Virus record (IMG/VR): IMGVR_UViG_3300036835_000474
Span: 1-27,766 of that record
DNA length: 27,766 nucleotides
From: a virus
Lineage: Duplodnaviria > Caudoviricetes
Direction: 5' to 3' (one strand)
Shown: positions 1 through 6,679 of the stretch, piece after piece
How the letters are laid out: every line of letters begins with the position of its first letter
Numbering within the stretch: the first letter of the stretch is position 1
The notes under the pieces: model-generated
Told to the model about the DNA's origin: nothing
The model's database searches: none
The model's input: only the letters and a program-made list of their open reading frames with translations
Program-made: the position numbers and the translations under genes

Positions 1-264
1 CCGGACGCGGATACGCGCAGGCCGACGAGCGCTGGCTCTGGCCCGAGTTCGCCCGATGCGTTCGCCTACTTCGACCGCGAGCGGTCGTCGTGGAGAACGT
101 GCCAGGCCTCGCTGCTCGCGGACTCGGCGACGTGCTCGCCGACCTGGCCGAAGCGCTTTACGACGCGCTCGTCTTTCGCCTACGCGCTGCCGACCTCGGA
201 GCGCCGCATGGGCGCGAGCGCCTGTTCGTGGTTGCTGCCGACGCCGAGCGCGGCCGAGTCGGAT
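1..264 (+). repeat. Terminal direct repeat copy 1 (imperfect match to 27503..27766)
   Basis: Read directly: first 127 nt identical, then 6 substitutions at 128, 200, 206, 209, 228 and 237. Confidence 0.97.
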
Positions 265-834
265 CCGACCGAGCCGCTGCTGGAGGAGATCCGGGCGCAC
301 CTCGACCCGGCGGACCCGCACCACCGCCTCTGGCTACCGGGCCGGGAGTGGATGAGCCAGCGCACCTTGAAGCGGACGGCGGCGGCGCTGCTGCCGACGC
401 CGGTCGCGTGGCTGGGTCGTCGCCCGAAGAACGCGATGGCCGACCCGAAGCGGGCGGCCAGCCAGGGACAGCGGTCGATCGAACTACCGGACGCGCTGGC
501 GCTGTTGCCGACGCCGACGGCCAACGAGGAGAACCCCGGAGCGGGCGGCGAACTCAGAGCGGCACTCGCCCACGGCCCGGAGCGACGGAACTTGACCGGG
601 GTCGATTCGTGGGGTCGCCCGAACCAGGGACGGCCATCGCAGCTGCTGCCGACGCCGACCTTCCAGCAGGGACGGAACTCGACCTCGGCGCGGCCGGACG
701 ACTCGCAGCATCACGCCGGGACGACGCTGCAGGACCTAGCTTTCAGTGGGGCGTTTACGGGCCTGCCGTCCTCGCCTGGGAGCGACTGCTCGGATGCGCC
801 GCTCCCCGGCCAACTGACGATCGAGGGCGCCTGA
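1..834 (+). CDS. Overlapping +1-frame partner polypeptide of the C5 MTase (beta-like/TRD-bearing), 3' part; frame open from ATG 27281 (about 351 aa on the circle)
   Basis: Frame open from position 1: AFAYFDRERSSWRTCQASLL..SPTWPKR..YALPTS..SWLLPTP, then three more LLPTP modules. Codon usage in ~230-740 is gene-like in this frame while the main frame is low-complexity. Confidence 0.8.
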   Translation, partial: PDADTRRPTSAGSGPSSPDAFAYFDRERSSWRTCQASLLADSATCSPTWPKRFTTRSSFAYALPTSERRMGASACSWLLPTPSAAESDPTEPLLEEIRAHLDPADPHHRLWLPGREWMSQRTLKRTAAALLPTPVAWLGRRPKNAMADPKRAASQGQRSIELPDALALLPTPTANEENPGAGGELRAALAHGPERRNLTGVDSWGRPNQGRPSQLLPTPTFQQGRNSTSARPDDSQHHAGTTLQDLAFSGAFTGLPSSPGSDCSDAPLPGQLTIEGA

Positions 835-983
835 TGCCCGAGTTCGTGGAGTGGATGCTCGGCTTCCCGCTCGGCTGGACCGAGGGCGAGCGCCGGACGC
901 ACCGGCTGCGGATGCTGGGCAACGCTGTGCAGGTGCAGGTCGCCGAGGTCGTCGGCCTGGTCGCGATCGAGGAGGCGGCGTGA
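1..983 (+). CDS. C5 DNA cytosine methyltransferase, 3' part (gene starts at 27277 and continues across the junction; about 402 aa on the circle)
   Basis: Motif VI ENVPGL, motif VIII GAPHGRERLF, motif IX LMPEFVEWMLGFPLGWT, motif X RLRMLGNAV; in frame with motifs I and IV at the window end. Confidence 0.93.
   Translation, partial: GRGYAQADERWLWPEFARCVRLLRPRAVVVENVPGLAARGLGDVLADLAEALYDALVFRLRAADLGAPHGRERLFVVAADAERGRVGSDRAAAGGDPGAPRPGGPAPPPLATGPGVDEPAHLEADGGGAAADAGRVAGSSPEERDGRPEAGGQPGTAVDRTTGRAGAVADADGQRGEPRSGRRTQSGTRPRPGATELDRGRFVGSPEPGTAIAAAADADLPAGTELDLGAAGRLAASRRDDAAGPSFQWGVYGPAVLAWERLLGCAAPRPTDDRGRLMPEFVEWMLGFPLGWTEGERRTHRLRMLGNAVQVQVAEVVGLVAIEEAA
232..657 (+). repeat. Four 15-nt repeats YTGYTGCCGACGCCG encoding LLPTP (232-246, 388-402, 502-516, 643-657)
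   Basis: Read directly; all four are in the same (+1) frame. Confidence 0.9.
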
Positions 984-1483
984 GGAGCGCGCGCAACGGC
1001 GCCTGCGCCCTGCTCGCCTCGCTCGGGCTGGCGACGCCGCTGGTGGTCGCCGGGACGGGCGGCGGCGCCGACGAGCCGACGACGAGCGAGCCGACGACGA
1101 CCGCGCCCGAGACCGACTGGCAGGCGCGCGCGCAGGCGAACGCGCGCGAGGCGCACTACTGGAAGCGGCATGCGCATCGCTACCGGGGCTGGGTGCTGCG
1201 GCTGCGCGCCTCGCTCAAGGCGATGCCCTCGCCGGTCACGGCCGGGCTGCGCTGCGTGCACCTGGGCGAGGGCGCCTGGAGCGCGAACACGGGCAACGGC
1301 TACTTCGGCGGCCTGCAGATGGATCGCCAGTTTCAGGCGACCTACGGCGCGCCGCTGCTGCGCCGCTACGGCTCGGCCGATCGCTGGCCGGTCGAGGCGC
1401 AGCTGGCGGTCGGGACGGTCGCCGTCTACTCGGGCCGGGGCTACGGACCCTGGCCGAACACGCGGAGGCCTTGCGGCCTGTGA
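980..1483 (+). CDS. rpf: Secreted resuscitation-promoting factor (Rpf)-like lytic transglycosylase
   Basis: GTG overlaps the MTase stop (GTGA). Signal-peptide-like N-terminus, Thr/Pro linker, then C..GEGAWSANTGNGYFGGLQM..AQLAV..GPWPNT..C, matching the Rpf signature NTGNGYYGGLQF with the putative catalytic Glu. Confidence 0.88.
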   Translation: MRSARNGACALLASLGLATPLVVAGTGGGADEPTTSEPTTTAPETDWQARAQANAREAHYWKRHAHRYRGWVLRLRASLKAMPSPVTAGLRCVHLGEGAWSANTGNGYFGGLQMDRQFQATYGAPLLRRYGSADRWPVEAQLAVGTVAVYSGRGYGPWPNTRRPCGL

Positions 1484-1494
1484 GGAGGGATGCG

Positions 1495-1752
1495 ATGGAA
1501 GCACCGCTGCAACTGAGTCTGGAGGTCGGCGGCGGCGAGCCGACGGCGGCGGGCCTGCGGCTGCGCGGGAAGGCGAACGTGCTGCGCGAGTTGCTGATGG
1601 GCGAGGAGGTCTACCTGCGCCTGACCGACGCCGACGGGATCGTGCTCGCCGAGGCCGAGGGCGAGGTCACCATCGTCAGCTTCGAGCACCACCCGGCGCC
1701 GACGCACGGCCGGGCCTGGACCGAGCGCGTCCAGGTGGTGAGCCTGCGGTGA
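1495..1752 (+). CDS. Hypothetical protein
   Basis: GAGGAGG RBS upstream; gene-like codon usage; stop overlaps the next start. Confidence 0.75.
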   Translation: MEAPLQLSLEVGGGEPTAAGLRLRGKANVLRELLMGEEVYLRLTDADGIVLAEAEGEVTIVSFEHHPAPTHGRAWTERVQVVSLR

Positions 1753-1865
1753 ACGAACTCAACCGCGTCCTGCTCGAAGGACAGCGGGCGGTCGAGCGGA
1801 TCGCCGTGCGGCTGGTGCTCGCGCGGCTGGTGCTCGGCGTCTACCTGGAGGAGATCAGGCGGTGA
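1749..1865 (+). CDS. Small hypothetical protein (38 aa)
   Basis: GTGA overlaps at both ends; MNELNRVLLEGQRAVERIAVRLVLARLVLGVYLEEIRR. Confidence 0.65.
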   Translation: MNELNRVLLEGQRAVERIAVRLVLARLVLGVYLEEIRR

Positions 1866-1990
1866 TCTTCTGGTTCCGCCACCGCCTCTCGAATCGGGTC
1901 GTGCGGATCGAGACCCGGCACGGCCTCGCGCACTGCCTGGCCTCGCCCTACTGGGCCGAGGTCAGGCGCGAGTGGGCGGAGGACGAGTGA
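1862..1990 (+). CDS. Small hypothetical protein (42 aa)
   Basis: GTGA overlaps at both ends; MIFWFRHRLSNRVVRIETRHGLAHCLASPYWAEVRREWAEDE; too short for the ORF track. Confidence 0.65.
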   Translation: MIFWFRHRLSNRVVRIETRHGLAHCLASPYWAEVRREWAEDE

Positions 1991-2457
1991 GCGTCGCGTT
2001 CGTCGTCTACGGCAAGGCCGAGCCGGGCGGCTCGAAGCGCTGGCTGCCCGCCGGCGGGCGCTCGGGCGGGCGGCCGATCATCGTGGATGCCAATCGGCGG
2101 ACGAAGGACTGGCAGCGCGCGGTCGCCTACGCGGCGGGCGCCGTGATGAACGGCCAGGCGCTGCTCGACCGGCCGGTGCGGCTGACGCTGCGCTTCTACG
2201 TCACGCGGCCCGCCGGGCACTTCACTACTACCGGGGCGCTGTCGGCGCACGGGCGGCGGCATCCCTTCCCGGACGTGCGGCCCGACCTAACCAAGCTGAC
2301 GCGGGCGGTCGAGGACGCGCTGACCGGGATTGTGCTGCGCGACGACGCGCGCGTCGTGCAGCAGGACGTGGCGAAGCTGTGGGGAGAACCGGCGCGGCTA
2401 GAAGTGGAGGTCGAACCGGCGCTCCCTTTCGAGGACGGGAGGACGAGCCTCCCGTGA
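1987..2457 (+). CDS. rusA: RusA-family Holliday junction resolvase
   Basis: GKAEPGGSKR N-terminus and RPDLTKLTRAVEDALTGIVLRDDARVV catalytic motif. Confidence 0.9.
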   Translation: MSVAFVVYGKAEPGGSKRWLPAGGRSGGRPIIVDANRRTKDWQRAVAYAAGAVMNGQALLDRPVRLTLRFYVTRPAGHFTTTGALSAHGRRHPFPDVRPDLTKLTRAVEDALTGIVLRDDARVVQQDVAKLWGEPARLEVEVEPALPFEDGRTSLP

Positions 2458-2705
2458 AGCGACTGGAGCGGATCGAGGCAGCGGTCGGCGACGAGCTCGC
2501 GGTCGATCGTGACGAGCAGCTGCGGCTGGTACTGCGGCTGATCGAGGGCCGCGACCAGTGCCGCTGCGGCGAAGTCCTCGACCCCTTCGAGCGCGTCTGC
2601 CTGGACTGCGGGCGCGCAACCTTCTCCCCCTACGCACGACCGGCCGAACGGGCTGCAGGTGTGCCCCTGACGCCGGAAACCCTGGAAAGAGCGGACTTCG
2701 GATGA
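2454..2705 (+). CDS. Small zinc-ribbon protein
   Basis: CRCG..CLDCG; translationally coupled at both ends. Confidence 0.7.
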   Translation: MKRLERIEAAVGDELAVDRDEQLRLVLRLIEGRDQCRCGEVLDPFERVCLDCGRATFSPYARPAERAAGVPLTPETLERADFG

Positions 2706-2738
2706 GGCGAGCCGACGTTCGGATGAGGCGGGCCGACG
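2697..2738 (+). repeat. 21-bp tandem duplication TTCGGATGAGGCGRGCCGACG x2
   Basis: 2697-2717 and 2718-2738, one mismatch; duplicates the start region (MRRADVR-MRRADVV). Confidence 0.9.
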
Positions 2739-3442
2739 TCGTGCTAGTGGCGCTGCGGTCGTGGGGCGGGCCGGATGGCACGGTCTGCGCGCCAGTAGCC
2801 GAGATCGCCGCACTCACCGACCTGAGCGAAGCGATGGTGCTGAAGGCGCTGAGCGATCTCTGCGCCGATCGGCGGCTCGTCTTCAGCGGGCGGCGCGACC
2901 GACGCGGCACTGCGATTTTCCACCTTTCGCAGGGCTGCGAGGCCGAGGCGGCCGTGGCGGCAGTCGGAGGGGACGTTCTAAAGAACGGTCCCCATCCGAC
3001 TGACTCCGAGCAGGCGGGCACACCGGCAGCGGCTGACGCCGCACCGGGTGCCGCCGACTCGGTCACGGATAAGCCCTGCGATCCCGAGCCGAGCGACGAG
3101 GAGGTGGCCGAGATGCGGCGGATTGGGCTGGAGCACGCCTACGCCTGGCTCGACCGCTGGGTGGCCGAGATCGGCAAGCCCGACCTGGGCGCCGGGCCGT
3201 GCGGCGAGTGCGGCGCCCAGGCGCGGGTGCGCTGGTCGCTCGGGCTGTTCGTGCTCTGCCGCGACTGCCGACGCCGACGGGCGCGAGTCGCGGCCAAGGT
3301 CGCGAGTGAGGCGGTGGGCCAGTCCGCCGTAACGGGCGCTGCCGACGCTCAACATGCCGGTGATCCCGTGCCGCCTCACCGCGAACTGGTGCTGGTCGAT
3401 CCACCCGACGACGACGGGCCGTGGCAGCGGCCGGACTTCTAG
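2702..3442 (+). CDS. Winged-HTH plus Zn-finger protein, possible replication initiator or regulator
   Basis: N-terminal VAEIAALTDLSEAMVLKALSDL (HTH-like), low-complexity linker, CGEC..LCRDC. Function is inferred from architecture and position only. Confidence 0.6.
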   Translation: MRRADVRMRRADVVLVALRSWGGPDGTVCAPVAEIAALTDLSEAMVLKALSDLCADRRLVFSGRRDRRGTAIFHLSQGCEAEAAVAAVGGDVLKNGPHPTDSEQAGTPAAADAAPGAADSVTDKPCDPEPSDEEVAEMRRIGLEHAYAWLDRWVAEIGKPDLGAGPCGECGAQARVRWSLGLFVLCRDCRRRRARVAAKVASEAVGQSAVTGAADAQHAGDPVPPHRELVLVDPPDDDGPWQRPDF

Positions 3443-3457
3443 AGCAGGAGGGATCCG

Positions 3458-4060
3458 ATGAATGAGCAGAAGCAGGACTTGGCGGTGCGCGAGCAGGCGG
3501 ACCTGGAGTACGACCGCTTCGCCCGCCTCGGGACGTGGCTGGCGGCGACCGAGGGCAGCGACGACCCGCGCGGCAAGGACGGGATGGTGGCGGCGCTGCG
3601 CTTCGCGCTGGCGGCCGAACTCGGCTGGCCGCTGCGGGCGGCGTCCGAGATCGCCGTGATCCACGGTCGTCTGCACATCTCCTCGAAGATGCTGCGCGCC
3701 CTCGCCGAGCGCGAGGGCTACCGGGTCGTGCGGGCCGAGGAGACGCCGAGCAGCTGCACGGCGGCGGTGCTCGACTCGGCGGGCGAGGAGGTTGGGCGGG
3801 CGACCTTCACGATCGAGGACGCGCAGCGGGCGGGCCTGATCCGCGAGCGCAGCGGCTGGAAGACCTACCCGGCGCGGATGCTGTGGGCGCGGGCGGCGGG
3901 CTGGGCGATCAACGACGCGATCCCGCACGTCGCGCTCGGCCTGCCGATGACCGAGGAGGCCGACTGGATCGAGGCGACCGCCGAGGAGGTCAGCGAGGCG
4001 ATCGAGCGCGGCGCCCCGGCCGAGACCGAGCAGCCCGAACGGGAGGAGGCGCCCGCATGA
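3458..4060 (+). CDS. RecT-like single-strand annealing protein
   Basis: IAVIHGR, FTIEDAQRAGL and WKTYPARMLWARA..P..LG..EEA motifs typical of phage RecT-like proteins; AGGAGG RBS. Confidence 0.75.
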   Translation: MNEQKQDLAVREQADLEYDRFARLGTWLAATEGSDDPRGKDGMVAALRFALAAELGWPLRAASEIAVIHGRLHISSKMLRALAEREGYRVVRAEETPSSCTAAVLDSAGEEVGRATFTIEDAQRAGLIRERSGWKTYPARMLWARAAGWAINDAIPHVALGLPMTEEADWIEATAEEVSEAIERGAPAETEQPEREEAPA

Positions 4061-4299
4061 TCGCCGCCGGCGAGCGCGTGCTGACGCCCGAGGGCTGGCC
4101 CGGTCGGGTGCGCTTCGTCCGTCGCCAGGAGCCGCCTCACGGTGGCCCGCGTATCCCTGGCGGTGGGATCGGAGCGAAGCGCGCCCGGCTCGGCGAGCTC
4201 GAGGCCGCCTACGCCGGGTTGAAGACCTACGCGCTGGTCGATCTCGACCGAGGCGGCTTCGCCAACTACGAGGTGGGCGTCTTGGAGGCGCAGCGATGA
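4057..4299 (+). CDS. Hypothetical protein
   Basis: ATGA overlaps at both ends; MIAAGERVLTPEGWPGRV... Confidence 0.7.
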   Translation: MIAAGERVLTPEGWPGRVRFVRRQEPPHGGPRIPGGGIGAKRARLGELEAAYAGLKTYALVDLDRGGFANYEVGVLEAQR

Positions 4300-4724
4300 G
4301 CGGCAAGACCGTCGGACCGGGCGGCGACCGCCGCAGCGTGACTGTCACGTTCGGCTACCCGGAGGGGCTGCGGACACTGGTCGCGAAGACGCTGCGCTAC
4401 GCGCTGGTGCTGGCCGAGGCGCGCTGGGGACGCTGGCAGACGATCGAGTCGATCTCGACCCCGGACACGATCTACGCCGACGTGACCGGTGCGACCCTGC
4501 GGCGGCATGAGACCAACCAGGGGAGGAACAGCGGTCTCCACACTGTGCGCTCGAAGCTGGAGGCGATCGGCTACCACCCCGGCCCGGAGGAGATCGGGAC
4601 GCTGCGCTTCTTCCGCGAGGCGTTGCCGACGATGCACCGACGCACCCGGCGCGGGCGCGGCTTCCGGCGGCCGCTCAAGCCGACGCCGACCGCCTACGAC
4701 GACGAGTTCGGCGGCGGGCAGTGA
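4296..4724 (+). CDS. Hypothetical protein
   Basis: Coupled start and stop; gene-like codon usage. Confidence 0.75.
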   Translation: MSGKTVGPGGDRRSVTVTFGYPEGLRTLVAKTLRYALVLAEARWGRWQTIESISTPDTIYADVTGATLRRHETNQGRNSGLHTVRSKLEAIGYHPGPEEIGTLRFFREALPTMHRRTRRGRGFRRPLKPTPTAYDDEFGGGQ

Positions 4725-4930
4725 GCGGCTACTACGAGGAGCGGTTCCACTGCGCGCGCTGCGGCGTCGCTGTGCGCGTGAGCTCCAGCTACCGGATCGA
4801 CCCCGACCTGTTCGTCTGCGCCGAGTGCCTGACGCCGCTCGACCCGACCGAGCGGCAGCTGGCGCTGAGCGTCGAGCGCGAGGAGCGGCGCGACGACTAC
4901 GACCCGACGATTGCGGCGATTCCGTTCTGA
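4721..4930 (+). CDS. Small Zn-finger protein
   Basis: CARC..CAEC; GTGA coupling. Confidence 0.7.
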   Translation: MSGYYEERFHCARCGVAVRVSSSYRIDPDLFVCAECLTPLDPTERQLALSVEREERRDDYDPTIAAIPF

Positions 4931-5106
4931 TGGAGACGAAGGCGAAGGCTCTGCGGCGGCGCTACTCGAATGCTGGGCGCGAGGGCTACGACCTGGTGCG
5001 CGAGTGCGCCTGCCGTACCCCGCGCCCGGTGCTGGCGGGCGGGCACTGGTGGATGGCGGTCGTCTGCACGCGCTGCCGCCGACGCTCGCGGCTGGAGGCA
5101 TGCTGA
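4930..5106 (+). CDS. Small Cys-rich protein
   Basis: TGATG overlap; METKAKALRRRY..CAC..CTRC. Confidence 0.6.
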   Translation: METKAKALRRRYSNAGREGYDLVRECACRTPRPVLAGGHWWMAVVCTRCRRRSRLEAC

Positions 5107-5176
5107 TCGTGGGCGCGTGCGTCGGGTTAGCGTCCTCACACGCCGCAACGCGCTCGGCGCCGCGCCCATCAACGAC

Positions 5177-5202
5177 CGACGCCTCCCGTCGGGGAGGCGT
5201 CG
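5177..5202. terminator. Hairpin between convergent operons, probable bidirectional terminator
   Basis: Perfect 11-bp stem CGACGCCTCCC-GTCG-GGGAGGCGTCG; no U-tract. Confidence 0.7.
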
Positions 5203-5225
5203 AGGGCGTGCGCGCGAGGCGTGGT

Positions 5226-5426
5226 CTAGCCGAGCGGGCAGATGTGCAGATCGGGCGAGGCGTCGCCGAGTTCGCAACCGGGGCAGATCCCTCGGCGCTT
5301 GAACTCAGCCAGGTGCCGACCGATCCCGCGTTCGAGTTCAGCGGTGCGCCCGGTCTTGTCGAAGGCGAGGATGCTCTGCAGCCGCACCAGATCGACCAGC
5401 AGCTGCGTGGTCGTCTCCGACTCCAT
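5226..5426 (-). CDS. Small hypothetical protein with CPGC..HIC motif
   Basis: ATG directly follows the stop of the upstream minus-strand gene. Confidence 0.7.
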   Translation of the reverse strand: MESETTTQLLVDLVRLQSILAFDKTGRTAELERGIGRHLAEFKRRGICPGCELGDASPDLHICPLG

Positions 5427-5717
5427 CTACGCCTTGGCCTTCGGCTTCGGCTTCGCGGCGCGCGGCTTCTTCGGCGCCTCGGCCTTGGCGGTCGCGGTCT
5501 TGCGCTTCGGGTTGAGCTTGAACTTGCCCGTGCCCGCCTTGACCACCAGGCCGTCCTTCTTCTTCGCCTCGGTGTAGAGCAGCGCGGCGAGGGTCGCCTT
5601 GGGCGTCTTGCCCTTCAACCCCGTCGCGATCTTCGCGGCCTGCTCGGCGATCTCCGTCGCGGGCGTCGCGTTGCGCTTCCCGCTCAGAACCTGCTCGATG
5701 GCTTCGCGTCCGGTCAT
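5427..5717 (-). CDS. HARE-HTH (RpoE-N/ASXL-like winged helix) protein with Lys/Ala/Pro-rich tail
   Basis: GKTPKATLAALLYTE motif; histone-H1-like tail KAEAPKKPRAAKPKPKAKA; AGGAGG RBS. Confidence 0.8.
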   Translation of the reverse strand: MTGREAIEQVLSGKRNATPATEIAEQAAKIATGLKGKTPKATLAALLYTEAKKKDGLVVKAGTGKFKLNPKRKTATAKAEAPKKPRAAKPKPKAKA

Positions 5718-5728
5718 GCTGTCCTCCT
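5711..5728 (-). repeat. 18-nt start-associated sequence AGGAGGACAGCATGACCG, copy 1
   Basis: Identical to 27032..27049. Confidence 0.9.
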
Positions 5729-5847
5729 AGTTCGGCGGGCGCCGATCGCCCGCGACGCACACACACATAGCGTGACCCGCCCGAGGTGTGGCGACCCATC
5801 TGGAGCATGTCGGTTCGGCGCTACGATCCGGTCGAGGAGGTGGCTCG

Positions 5848-6126
5848 ATGGCACGCGGTAGACCGAGACCACGCCGGGCCTCGACGGCGAAGGGCGTCAA
5901 GCGCCTGCCGTCTTCCGCGTTCGCCTACCCGAAGACGCGGCAGTACCCGATCAACACCGTGAAGCGGGCGCGCAACGCCCTCTCGCGCGCGGGCCAGTCG
6001 AACACCTCGGGCACCTACGCGCACGTCGCCCGAGCGGTGCGGCGGCGCTACGGCAACCGGGTGGCGACGGTCGGCAAGGCGAAGGGGACGACGACCCGAC
6101 CCGGCCTGCGCAGGCGGCGGCGGTGA
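5848..6126 (+). CDS. Very basic small protein (LPSSAFAYP..RQYPI..ARNALSR; DUF6582-like)
   Basis: GAGGAGG RBS and a TACGAT -10-like element at 5822-5827; family assignment is from recalled motif. Confidence 0.7.
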   Translation: MARGRPRPRRASTAKGVKRLPSSAFAYPKTRQYPINTVKRARNALSRAGQSNTSGTYAHVARAVRRRYGNRVATVGKAKGTTTRPGLRRRRR

Positions 6127-6209
6127 ACGGCGTTCGGGTCAACCTGCCGGCGGTCGCGCAGGTCGTCGTCGCGGTGGTGGCGGTCGTCGCGCTGGTGCAC
6201 TTCTGGTGA
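6123..6209 (+). CDS. 28-aa single-TM peptide
   Basis: MNGVRVNLPAVAQVVVAVVAVVALVHFW; GTGA overlaps at both ends. Confidence 0.65.
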   Translation: MNGVRVNLPAVAQVVVAVVAVVALVHFW

Positions 6210-6346
6210 GCTCGACTGCCGCAGCGATCCTCGGTGCCCTGCTCACCTTCCTCGCCTCGGGGATCGTCTTCCTCGCCTACTCGCTGGCACGAACGCGGGA
6301 ACGGCTGGCCCGAGTCGAGCAGCGGCTGGAGGACCACCGGCGATGA
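6206..6346 (+). CDS. 46-aa single-TM plus coiled-coil protein
   Basis: MSSTAAAILGALLTFLASGIVFLAYSLARTRERLARVEQRLEDHRR; coupled at both ends. Confidence 0.7.
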   Translation: MSSTAAAILGALLTFLASGIVFLAYSLARTRERLARVEQRLEDHRR

Positions 6347-6648
6347 TCGCCGCGCGCGACTGGGTGGCGATCCTGCTGGCGGTCGGGATCGCGACGGCGA
6401 TCAACGTCGTCACCGCTGGCGTGCTCTACGACGCGATCTTCTCGCAGGGTCCGGGCCTGTCCGACAACGCGACCCAGCTGCTGACGACTGCCTTCGGCGG
6501 GATCATCGGCGTGCTCGGTTCCTACGTGGGGTTCCGCGCGGGCCAGGCTGCGAACGGCTACGTGGCAGGGGAGGGCGCCGGGGTGCCGCTCGGCCAGGCG
6601 CCGCACGCTGGCGAGCCCGAGCCGAGCATCGAGGGCGAGGCGTCGTGA
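6343..6648 (+). CDS. Two-TM membrane protein, holin candidate
   Basis: Two hydrophobic helices followed by a hydrophilic tail. Confidence 0.65.
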   Translation: MIAARDWVAILLAVGIATAINVVTAGVLYDAIFSQGPGLSDNATQLLTTAFGGIIGVLGSYVGFRAGQAANGYVAGEGAGVPLGQAPHAGEPEPSIEGEAS

Positions 6649-6679
6649 TGTTGTCACGCGAGGCGACGGCGGTTTTTGA

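Noticed and set aside
1-264. Terminal repeat as a biological DTR or a DGR template/variable repeat pair
   Set aside because: It cuts through a gene, there is no reverse transcriptase, and the mismatches are not adenine-specific; circular assembly with allelic variation is more likely.
5758-5767. (CA)5 tract upstream of the HARE-HTH operon as a phase-variable element
   Set aside because: Too short to support without read-level length variation.
4911-5861. 316-aa + strand ORF
   Set aside because: Crosses the terminator hairpin and lies antisense to two better-supported genes.
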